A DNA stretch of 60,053 nt, counting the filler. It is 3 parts of 3 records of this genome, joined end to end, with 100 filler letters (N's around TTAATTAATTAA, not from the genome) between each part and the next. Parts side by side here need not be neighbours in the genome. Positions count along the whole stretch, not along the records: positions 29,322 to 51,119 come from SRR31156797_32699; positions 51,220 to 60,053 come from SRR31156797_32704; 1 more part is not named here. One strand, given 5' to 3'. A model generated the notes under the pieces. The model was not told the DNA's origin. It saw only the letters and a list, made by a program, of their open reading frames with translations, and ran no database searches. Numbering within the stretch: position 1 is the first letter of the stretch; each line of letters begins with the position of its first letter. Position numbers and translations under genes: made by a program. This document shows, piece by piece, positions 49,400 through 57,402 of the stretch.

Positions 49400-50680
49400 A
49401 TGTGGAGCGCACTGGAAAACGTTGCTCTTCGAGAGAGCCTTCCTTCTCCGCTCAAACCAGCGCAGTCCATTCACGACATTCTCATAGCGGGGCAGTTGGA
49501 CCGTGGCAGATACAACCTTCACCACCTCGGCAGACGCCGTTCCCAACCATACCTTCTCAAACAATTCTACAGCATCGACACAAACGCTTTCCTGCGTTGG
49601 CAAAATGAAGCCCGATTCATTCCCCTGCCTCCGACAGAAGGCTACGCATGGCCCTGTGAAGAATGGCGCGGCGGATTGATCGCCCCATTCCATGAAGGAA
49701 TCCCCCTTGATGAATGGCTTGCTCAAGGTGAACACCCCATGCAGACACGGCTTGAGGTCGCGGCCACATTGGCCGGACAATTGGCACGCCTCCATGCTTC
49801 AGGCATCGCACATAGGGACCTCTCTCCCGCATGTATCCGTATCGAGAAAAAAGGAATTGTCATTACGGATTTTGGCTCCGCCCGATGTGAACGGTGGGAT
49901 GATTTCTGGACGGATTCGAGCATGAGTCCGACCGACGCGACCTGTGCTTCACCTGAATCACTCAAGGGCGAAGAATGCGGTTATGGTGAGGATATCCATG
50001 CTTTTGGCGCGATCCTTCACCTTCTCCTCTCTGGCAAGACGGCTTTCAACTCCATTAAACTCATGTTGCGCCCGCTCTTTCCGGGACAGATCCCGCCGGA
50101 TAGACTCTCCACAACGGCCAACGTTCCTGATCCGATTCAAGCTCTTGCATCAGCCTGCATGTCACTTACCCCGTCACACAGGCCGAGCATGGATGAAATC
50201 GCTCAACAATTGATGCTCACTTGTCCTCATCTCATGCTGGATAATGAAACGATCCCTATTCCGGCAGGCAATGCTTCGACCAAAGACAAAAAGAAAGTAT
50301 TGGTCTTTGTGAGCGACGACAACCGATCCGTACCGATTTTCGATACAGCTCTGGAACTGGCTAATGCTGAACCATCCGTTTTTCTCTTTGTCGGGATGAT
50401 TCCATCCAACCTTCCCAGCGGACACACCGAACGCTTCACGGGGAATCTCTTCAAAAAAATAAGTCAAGGTTTACTCCGATGCAGGACAGCCTCTCTCGTC
50501 TGGAGTCTGCGCATACTCACAAGTGCTGACCCGGAAAAAACAGCGGTGGAATTCGTGAGACAATACAGGCCCGACCTGATCCTCCTCGGCGAAACCGGAA
50601 AAGAAAACAAGCGAACCATACGGCGCGGCTTTCATACACATCTTGCCGCAGAAAACATTCGTATTCACTCTGTTCGATAA
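49400..50680 (+). CDS. Ser/Thr protein kinase-like domain fused to a C-terminal USP-like domain
   Basis: HRDLSP, DFG, SPE, DI.AFG motifs; C-terminal 'KVLVFV......A..LA' and 'DP....VEF......DLILLG'. Confidence 0.8.
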   Translation: MWSALENVALRESLPSPLKPAQSIHDILIAGQLDRGRYNLHHLGRRRSQPYLLKQFYSIDTNAFLRWQNEARFIPLPPTEGYAWPCEEWRGGLIAPFHEGIPLDEWLAQGEHPMQTRLEVAATLAGQLARLHASGIAHRDLSPACIRIEKKGIVITDFGSARCERWDDFWTDSSMSPTDATCASPESLKGEECGYGEDIHAFGAILHLLLSGKTAFNSIKLMLRPLFPGQIPPDRLSTTANVPDPIQALASACMSLTPSHRPSMDEIAQQLMLTCPHLMLDNETIPIPAGNASTKDKKKVLVFVSDDNRSVPIFDTALELANAEPSVFLFVGMIPSNLPSGHTERFTGNLFKKISQGLLRCRTASLVWSLRILTSADPEKTAVEFVRQYRPDLILLGETGKENKRTIRRGFHTHLAAENIRIHSVR

Positions 50681-50771
50681 GCCCTTATATGCCTCACCAA
50701 AACACCACGGAAGAACAATTGACTTTCTTGGCACAACCTATTTGAATGTCCAACAAAAAAATGGAGCTGCC

Positions 50772-51068
50772 ATGTTTATTGTTTCGTTGACCTATACTTG
50801 TGACCTCACTGAAATCGACCGTTTTCTGAATGAACACGTTGCCTACCTCAAAGAAGAATACACACGCGGTCATTTCATCGCATCAGGCCGCAAGAACCCC
50901 AGAACCGGCGGCATCATTCTCGCTAAAGCCGAATCCCGTACCGAACTCGATACCATCCTTGAAAAGGACCCATTCCACCGCGAAAAACTGGCAAAATACG
51001 ACATTCAGGAGTTCATTCCAACCATGGCGACTGAAGGACTGGAAGCCCTGCTTGAACCGCAAGCTTAG
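50772..51068 (+). CDS. YciI-family protein
   Basis: 'H...L......G.F.ASG...PRTGG.I', 'DPF' motifs; GGAG RBS. Confidence 0.85.
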   Translation: MFIVSLTYTCDLTEIDRFLNEHVAYLKEEYTRGHFIASGRKNPRTGGIILAKAESRTELDTILEKDPFHREKLAKYDIQEFIPTMATEGLEALLEPQA

Positions 51069-51101
51069 TACAAGACACAACAACTACAGAAAACAAGAGC
51101 C

Positions 51102-51119
51102 TGAAAGGATATCCTTTCA
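51102..51119. terminator. Perfect 18-bp palindrome at contig end (probably a truncated terminator)
   Basis: TGAAAGGATATCCTTTCA, ~33 nt after the YciI stop. Confidence 0.45.
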
Positions 51120-51219
51120 NNNNNNNNNNNNNNNNNNNNNNNNNNNNNNNNNNNNNNNNNNNNTTAATTAATTAANNNNNNNNNNNNNNNNNNNNNNNNN
51201 NNNNNNNNNNNNNNNNNNN
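51120..51219. other. Artificial contig spacer
   Basis: N44-TTAATTAATTAA-N44. Confidence 0.99.
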
Positions 51220-51220
51220 A

Positions 51221-52384
51221 ATTATAGACAGAGCTATTGTTCTTCCTTTTTTCAAACCGAATAGCTTTACTGGTGAAGAGGTTGTGGAACTTCATGTTCA
51301 TGGCTCTGCTGCTAATGCAAATGAAATTATACAGCTTGCAGTTTCCTACGGCGCAAGTCCGGCGCTTAAAGGTGAATTTACATTTCGTGCTGTTCTAAAC
51401 GGGAAAATGGATCTTGCGAAAGCCTTTTCTTTAAACACATTGATAACAAGCTCAAACCCTGTAGGAACTGAACTTTCACGCAAAGCTTCTTTTGAGAATA
51501 AAGGCCTTTCTAAGCTTAATGATTTTGTTAAAACATGGGAAAACCTATATGCTATTTCTACTGCATTTATTGACTTTCCAGATCAGATAGATGATGACTT
51601 GCCAATCTCAGACATTCGTAATGAATGTAAAAAGTTGCTGGATTATCTTTATCAAATAGTTTCAGACACGAACAATTTTAGGCAATATTTAGATTTTAAG
51701 ATTCTTATCCTTGGAAAACCAAATGTTGGGAAGTCTTCTCTTTTTAACATCTTACTTAACCAGGATAGAGCTATTATTTCAGATGAAGAAGGTACAACAA
51801 GGGATTATTTAACTGAAACCGTGCTCATAAATAGGTTTCCTGTCAAATTAATAGATACTGCCGGCCTTAGGGATTCGGATTCAGATGTTGAAAAAGCAGG
51901 CATTGTTAAGGCTCGAAACCTTGTTGCAATTGCGGATTTTCTTCTAATTTTGTTTGATTCATCAAAAGAGCTTGATGATGAAGACATCCTTTTATTACAT
52001 GAAACCCTTATGCAACCTAGGCTTTTGATTCAAAACAAGTGCGATGTTTCTGCTTTAAAACACCCTCTTCTTAAAAATGCAAAAAAGATCAGCTGCAAAA
52101 CACGTGAAGGAATAGATGACCTTTTTAATACAATAGAAAAAATGATCGTAGAGAAAAAACCTGACATTAATGACACAATATTTTTTAATGATTGGCAACT
52201 GGATACCGCAACTGAAACAATTAACTCTGTTAAAGTTCTTTCTGATATTCTTAAAACTGATCAAATTGAACTTATAAATTATCAGATAAAATCTATTTTC
52301 TTTAACATCAGGAGTTTATCCGGAGATCTTTCCTCTATAGATATTTACGACAAGATCTTTGGATCTTTTTGCCTTGGGAAATAA
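51221..52384 (+). CDS. mnmE: tRNA modification GTPase MnmE (5'-truncated)
   Basis: 'PNSFTGE.VVE..HG', 'GEFT.RA.LNGKMDL', GKPNVGKSS, GTTRD, DTAG, C-terminal FCLGK. Confidence 0.96.
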   Translation: MIDRAIVLPFFKPNSFTGEEVVELHVHGSAANANEIIQLAVSYGASPALKGEFTFRAVLNGKMDLAKAFSLNTLITSSNPVGTELSRKASFENKGLSKLNDFVKTWENLYAISTAFIDFPDQIDDDLPISDIRNECKKLLDYLYQIVSDTNNFRQYLDFKILILGKPNVGKSSLFNILLNQDRAIISDEEGTTRDYLTETVLINRFPVKLIDTAGLRDSDSDVEKAGIVKARNLVAIADFLLILFDSSKELDDEDILLLHETLMQPRLLIQNKCDVSALKHPLLKNAKKISCKTREGIDDLFNTIEKMIVEKKPDINDTIFFNDWQLDTATETINSVKVLSDILKTDQIELINYQIKSIFFNIRSLSGDLSSIDIYDKIFGSFCLGK

Positions 52385-52429
52385 CACTTTTTTCACAAAA
52401 TCTCAAACCCCCTCTTAAAAGCCCATACT

Positions 52430-52457
52430 TTGCTTTAAATCAAAAATGTGCTATATA
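52430..52457 (+). promoter_or_regulatory. Candidate sigma70 promoter for mnmG
   Basis: TTGCTT-N16-TATATA with extended -10 TG. Confidence 0.45.
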
Positions 52458-52530
52458 AGGGTCGACACCTTGGCTTTGTCGAGTTTTTTTGTTACAGGCC
52501 AAATATGGAGCCCGTTTTTTTGAGGTATAA

Positions 52531-54405
52531 ATGACACATTATGATGTTGCAGTTATCGGTGGAGGACATGCAGGTGTAGAGGCTTGCTATGCCTCTTCAA
52601 AGCTTGGATGCAAAACGATTTTAGTTACAATGAATATTGACAGGATTGGTGAAATGTCATGCAATCCGTCAATTGGCGGGCAAGCAAAAGGCCAAATTGT
52701 TAGAGAGCTGGATGTTTTTGGTGGACTCATGCCTCTTGCTGCTGATTTTTCTGCAATTCAATATCGTGTTTTGAATAGACGAAAGGGTCCCGCAGTACAT
52801 GCATTAAGAGCTCAATGTGATAAATATTTGTATAAAAGTTTTATTATAGAGTTTTTAAAGAATCAGGAAAATCTAAATATTTTACAAACTGAAATTGTTG
52901 AATTTTCAAAAAATAAAGACGGTTTCTTTGATCTTAAATGCAATGACGGATCAAATTTAACCTGTAAAAACTTCGTTATTACAGCTGGCACTTTTCTTAA
53001 TGGAACTGTTCATATTGGAAGTGATAATTTTTCCAGTGGCAGACTATCAGAGCCTGCATGTTCCACTCTTACCTCTTTTGTTTTAAATAGCGGGCATAAA
53101 CTTATCCGTCTTAAAACTGGCACTCCAGTTCGAATTTCTGGGAAAACTATAGATTTTTCTAAAATGGCAATTCAACCTGGAGAGACCGACTATACCCCTT
53201 TTTCTTCCCTAAACAACGATATTTTATTCAATCAAAAACCTTGCTTTCTTACTCGTACAAGCCCTTCAACAAAAAAAATCATTGAAGAAAATCTACACCG
53301 GTCACCACTGTATGGCCATAATAAATCTATTTCCGGTGTTGGACCGAGATACTGTCCTTCTATAGAAGATAAAATCGTTAAGTTTTCCTCAAAGGAGTTT
53401 CATCAGATATTTGTAGAACCTGAAAGCTGGGAGTGCACAGAATTTTATCCAAATGGCATTAGCACCTCTTTACCCATTGATGTGCAAAAACAAATTCTTT
53501 GCTCTATCTCAGGCTTTGAAAATGCAGAGATATTAAGACCTGCATACGCTATTGAATATGATGCTTTTGATCCTAGAGATATTTCATCTAACATGGAAAG
53601 CAACTTCATTAATGGAATGTTTTTAGCTGGTCAGATCAATGGAACCAGTGGATACGAAGAAGCTGCCGGACAGGGTTTAGTTGCCGGAGTTAATGCTGCC
53701 AGAAAATCACTAGGGTTAGAGCCAGATTTTATTCCAGCCAGAAATGAATCTTATATTGGTGTCATGATTAGTGACATAACATCTTCCGGGATCGACGAAC
53801 CCTATAGAATGTTTACTTCAAGAGCTGAATTTAGACTTCATATCAGAGACAATAATGCACCTGAGAGGCTCATACACAAAGCCTTTAAGTTTAACCTTAT
53901 AAAACAAGACTTTTATAAACTTCATTTAGATAAGATCGAAAAGAAAACGGCCCTTTCAATTAAGCTTGAGAATACCTATATCTTCCCTGACAAGGCTACA
54001 AATGCTGCTCTTGTTGATATTGGCGAAACACCTATTAACAAAAAAACCAACCTCGCCCTTCTTCTAAAAAGACCCGGAATGAATAGAAAGAAACTGTCAT
54101 ACTTTTTCACCACAGACTGCTCTAATGACATTTGGGATCGAGCTGAAGTAGAGATTAAATATGCAGGTTTTATTGAAAGAGAAAAAAATGAGATCGATAA
54201 ATTCGTTGAACTCTCAAAAGTTCCCATCCCTCTTGATTTTTCTTTTTCTTCAATTTCAGGACTTACCAATGAAGCAATGGATAAACTCACTCGCGTTAAA
54301 CCTGTCAGCCTGTCTGAAGCATCAAGTATTCCAGGAATTACTCCTGCAACAATCTCTATCCTTTTACTTCATTTAAAGAGGCATAAAAATGACAAACAAC
54401 TCTGA
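52531..54405 (+). CDS. mnmG: tRNA uridine-5-carboxymethylaminomethyl modification enzyme MnmG (GidA)
   Basis: GGGHAG, MSCNPSIGG, GPRYCPSIEDK, GQINGTSGYEEAA, EPYRMFTSRAE motifs. Confidence 0.98.
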   Translation: MTHYDVAVIGGGHAGVEACYASSKLGCKTILVTMNIDRIGEMSCNPSIGGQAKGQIVRELDVFGGLMPLAADFSAIQYRVLNRRKGPAVHALRAQCDKYLYKSFIIEFLKNQENLNILQTEIVEFSKNKDGFFDLKCNDGSNLTCKNFVITAGTFLNGTVHIGSDNFSSGRLSEPACSTLTSFVLNSGHKLIRLKTGTPVRISGKTIDFSKMAIQPGETDYTPFSSLNNDILFNQKPCFLTRTSPSTKKIIEENLHRSPLYGHNKSISGVGPRYCPSIEDKIVKFSSKEFHQIFVEPESWECTEFYPNGISTSLPIDVQKQILCSISGFENAEILRPAYAIEYDAFDPRDISSNMESNFINGMFLAGQINGTSGYEEAAGQGLVAGVNAARKSLGLEPDFIPARNESYIGVMISDITSSGIDEPYRMFTSRAEFRLHIRDNNAPERLIHKAFKFNLIKQDFYKLHLDKIEKKTALSIKLENTYIFPDKATNAALVDIGETPINKKTNLALLLKRPGMNRKKLSYFFTTDCSNDIWDRAEVEIKYAGFIEREKNEIDKFVELSKVPIPLDFSFSSISGLTNEAMDKLTRVKPVSLSEASSIPGITPATISILLLHLKRHKNDKQL

Positions 54406-55021
54406 TGTTTCATGTGAAACATTCTCGCAATCGCTTATTACTAGGGCGTTTTTTGACCACTCTGAGGAATCACTCCCGTTTGTTCGTTCTTCTCTTAACT
54501 ACTGGGAAGAGTTTAATGCATGGAATAAAGTCCACAACCTTTCTACTATAAAAAACCTTAGCGATGCTGTTGATCTACATTTTATTGATTCTCTCTACCC
54601 TACTCTTTATAAAGATCCGTTTCTTAATGCCAAAAAAGTTTTGGATCTTGGAACAGGTGGAGGCTTTCCCGGCATTCCTCTTTCTTTTTATTTTAAAGAT
54701 ATTAATTTTTACCTTCTTGATAAATCCAGAAAAAAAATTTCATTTTTACAATATGTTTGTGCAAAATTAGGTTACAAAAACGTTTTCCCTGTTCATAAAG
54801 ACTTTTTTAAAGACACGGCAACTTACGATATTGTTGTTTCAAGAGCGGTCAGGATCGATAATGAAATTTTAAGCAAAGTAAGAACTTTAACTTCAAAAGA
54901 CGGGTGGCTTATCGTTTATCGCACGAAAAACGACATTCCTTCAATTGACCTTAAGCCAAAACATTCCATAAGCTATAGTATCCATAATAAAAAAAGGACT
55001 ATACTTTTTTATCAATTTTGA
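54389..55021 (+). CDS. rsmG: 16S rRNA G527 methyltransferase RsmG (GidB)
   Basis: 'WN...NL', 'HF.DS', 'D.GTGGGFPGIPL', 'SRA' motifs; follows mnmG. Confidence 0.95.
   Translation: MTNNSDVSCETFSQSLITRAFFDHSEESLPFVRSSLNYWEEFNAWNKVHNLSTIKNLSDAVDLHFIDSLYPTLYKDPFLNAKKVLDLGTGGGFPGIPLSFYFKDINFYLLDKSRKKISFLQYVCAKLGYKNVFPVHKDFFKDTATYDIVVSRAVRIDNEILSKVRTLTSKDGWLIVYRTKNDIPSIDLKPKHSISYSIHNKKRTILFYQF
54406..54421. promoter_or_regulatory. parS centromere-like site
   Basis: TGTTTCATGTGAAACA, one mismatch from consensus TGTTTCACGTGAAACA. Confidence 0.85.
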
Positions 55022-55046
55022 CATTTTTTGTAATATCTGCTATTAT
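55018..55046 (+). promoter_or_regulatory. Sigma70 promoter
   Basis: TTGACA-N17-TATTAT with extended -10 TG. Confidence 0.8.
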
Positions 55047-55073
55047 CCCTCGAACTTTTTTGAGGGGTCGATT

Positions 55074-55529
55074 ATGAAAAAATATGCCATATTTATCTTT
55101 ATATGTGTCTTATCTTTCTCAGCCTTTTCTTTGGATAAAAAAGAGGATTTTGTTATACCAAAGTATCAGTCTATTGCTATTGGTCAGCTTTCTCTTGCTT
55201 ATAGACTAATGACTCTTAGTACCAGCTTATCAATTGCCAAAGCCGTTGATGACAACTATATTGTATCCATCCTTGATAACATTGACTCAACTATAAAGAA
55301 CTGTTCTGGAATTGTTTCAGATAAAAATAACAAGAAGGATGATCTGACAAAGTTGATTTTGGAATCTATTGATTATTTCCTAAGCTGTTCAAAGAACGTA
55401 AAAAGTTACGCGAACCTTCATAGTTACGAAAACCTTCAAAAAGTTCGAACCTGTATCGATAAATCCGGCAAATATGTTGAAGAGCTGTCTGCTCTACATA
55501 ATAGTAAAACTAAACCTAAAAAGAAGTGA
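55074..55529 (+). CDS. Hypothetical exported helical protein
   Basis: Signal peptide MKKYAIFIFICVLSFSAFS; GAGGGG RBS. Confidence 0.7.
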   Translation: MKKYAIFIFICVLSFSAFSLDKKEDFVIPKYQSIAIGQLSLAYRLMTLSTSLSIAKAVDDNYIVSILDNIDSTIKNCSGIVSDKNNKKDDLTKLILESIDYFLSCSKNVKSYANLHSYENLQKVRTCIDKSGKYVEELSALHNSKTKPKKK

Positions 55530-55540
55530 TGGAGAAAATT

Positions 55541-56029
55541 ATGTCTAAAGTGTTAATTCTTATGGGAAGCGATTCTGACTGGCCTATTATGAAAAAATGC
55601 TGTTCTATTTTAAAAGACTTTGATGTTTCTTTCGATGTACGCGTAAGTTCTGCCCACAGAACTCCTGAAAAGACTGTTGATATCGTCTCTAACTTTGACG
55701 GAGACTGTATTGTAATAGGCGCTGGCGCTGCTGCTCATCTTGCTGGAGTTGTTGCAGCTCACACAGTTAAACCGGTTATTGCGATTCCTATTAATGCTAC
55801 TGCTTTAAGCGGAATAGATGCTCTTTATGCAACTGTTCAAATGCCTTCCGGTATACCTGTCGCTTCTATGGCAATTGACGGGTCAAAAAATGCTGCTCTT
55901 TTTGCACTTCAGATAATGGCCGTCTCAGATTCTTCCATAAACGAAAAACTAGTTAAATATAAAAAAGATATGGTTGAAACTGTAAACCATAAAGACAATA
56001 AAATTCAAGCGTTAGCTAAGGAGCTATAG
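55541..56029 (+). CDS. purE: N5-CAIR mutase / AIR carboxylase PurE
   Basis: MGSDSD, SAHRTP, GAG.AAHL.G, VQMP.G.PVA motifs; GGAG RBS before 55541. Confidence 0.95.
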   Translation: MSKVLILMGSDSDWPIMKKCCSILKDFDVSFDVRVSSAHRTPEKTVDIVSNFDGDCIVIGAGAAAHLAGVVAAHTVKPVIAIPINATALSGIDALYATVQMPSGIPVASMAIDGSKNAALFALQIMAVSDSSINEKLVKYKKDMVETVNHKDNKIQALAKEL

Positions 56030-56030
56030 T

Positions 56031-56660
56031 ATGGAAATCCTCTCTATTGAAGAAGCAGCATGGAAAGTAAGAAACGGTTCTGTAATTGCCTACCCTACCG
56101 AAACTGTGTATGGTTTGGGTTCAATTATTTTTGATAAAGAGCCTGTTATGAAACTTAAGAGCATTAAGGGAACTCCGGAAAACAAGCCCCTTTCTGTTTT
56201 AATTTCTAACAATAAAAGAGAAATGCTTTTTGAACTTATTGATTCTTTTCTTCCAGTGGCTCAGAGACTTGCAAAGTTCTTTTGGCCAGGACCACTTACA
56301 ATTGTTCATGAATGCAAAGCGGATCTGCCTGATTTTCTCACAGGTGGGACTAACTTTGTCGGTATAAGATGCTCTCCTTTTGATTTTGTTAACACCTTTA
56401 TTGATCTTGTTGGTCACCCTATCATTAGTACTAGTGCTAACCCTTCAGGTCTTGCTCCCGCAACTAACTATGTGGATGTTTTCAACTATTTTGAAAACCA
56501 GATCGACGGTGTACTTATTTGTGATGACTCTATCTCAATTGAGCAGAAATACCAAGCTCTTAACGTTCCTTCAACTATTGTTAAAGTAGATCATCACAAC
56601 TTTGAGATTCTTAGAGAGGGAGCAATAAAAAAGGATGATATCATCAGAAAAGTCCTCTGA
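56031..56660 (+). CDS. tsaC: L-threonylcarbamoyladenylate synthase (TsaC/Sua5/YrdC)
   Basis: PTETVYGLG, WPGPLT, STSAN.SG, PST, R.GAI motifs. Confidence 0.92.
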   Translation: MEILSIEEAAWKVRNGSVIAYPTETVYGLGSIIFDKEPVMKLKSIKGTPENKPLSVLISNNKREMLFELIDSFLPVAQRLAKFFWPGPLTIVHECKADLPDFLTGGTNFVGIRCSPFDFVNTFIDLVGHPIISTSANPSGLAPATNYVDVFNYFENQIDGVLICDDSISIEQKYQALNVPSTIVKVDHHNFEILREGAIKKDDIIRKVL

Positions 56661-57402
56661 GCGGAAAGAAGAAGTTACTTCTGATAAAATATTTAATGAT
56701 CTTACATTTGTCAGTCAACATAAAAACGGGTATCGTTTTAATTCTGACTCCATGATATTATCATGGTTTATTCATAAAATTTTAAAAGATAAGGAAATTA
56801 CAACTTCCATTGATGCCGGCTCCGGTTCCGGCGTAGTTCCTATTGTTCTTAGCTGTCACGGCTTTAAATCAAAAACTTACTGCATTGAAATTCAAGACGA
56901 CCTTTTTGATCTTCTTGACCACAATGTTAAAGAAAACAAGCTTTGTGACCGTCTATACCCTATTAAAGACTCATTTTTAAACCCGGATCTACCAATAAAA
57001 GATAAGTGCGACCTTGTTTTTACCAACCCGCCCTACTTTCCAGTTGACGCTGGCAGACTTAGTCCCAACAGCGAAAAAGCTGTAGCCCGCCATGAATTTA
57101 CCGGGTCTTTAAAAGATTTTTTGATCACTTCAAAAAGGCTGTTAAGAAAAAAAGGACATTTTATTTTTGTTTACCCAACCTCACGCATTCAGTTTGCTCT
57201 TTCCAGTGCTTCAAATGCAGGCTTTTCTCTAAGAGATCTTTTTCTTTATCAGGAAAACCCTACAGTCCCACCCTCTTTGTTTACAGCACACCTAATTTTA
57301 AGCCCCTCAGAGACAGTTTCAAAGACAAAATTGATAACTATGAGGAATAATGATGGACAGTACTCAAACGTTGGCAGAGAGATAATGTATGATAAGAATT
57401 AA
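56635..57402 (+). CDS. tRNA1(Val) A37 N6-methyltransferase-like SAM methyltransferase
   Basis: 'Q...GYRF..DS', 'D.GSGSG', NPPYF, 'ARHE' motifs. Confidence 0.85.
   Translation: MISSEKSSERKEEVTSDKIFNDLTFVSQHKNGYRFNSDSMILSWFIHKILKDKEITTSIDAGSGSGVVPIVLSCHGFKSKTYCIEIQDDLFDLLDHNVKENKLCDRLYPIKDSFLNPDLPIKDKCDLVFTNPPYFPVDAGRLSPNSEKAVARHEFTGSLKDFLITSKRLLRKKGHFIFVYPTSRIQFALSSASNAGFSLRDLFLYQENPTVPPSLFTAHLILSPSETVSKTKLITMRNNDGQYSNVGREIMYDKN

Noticed and set aside
50729-50745. TGGCAC upstream of the YciI gene as a second sigma54 promoter
   Set aside because: No TTGC at the required -12 spacing.
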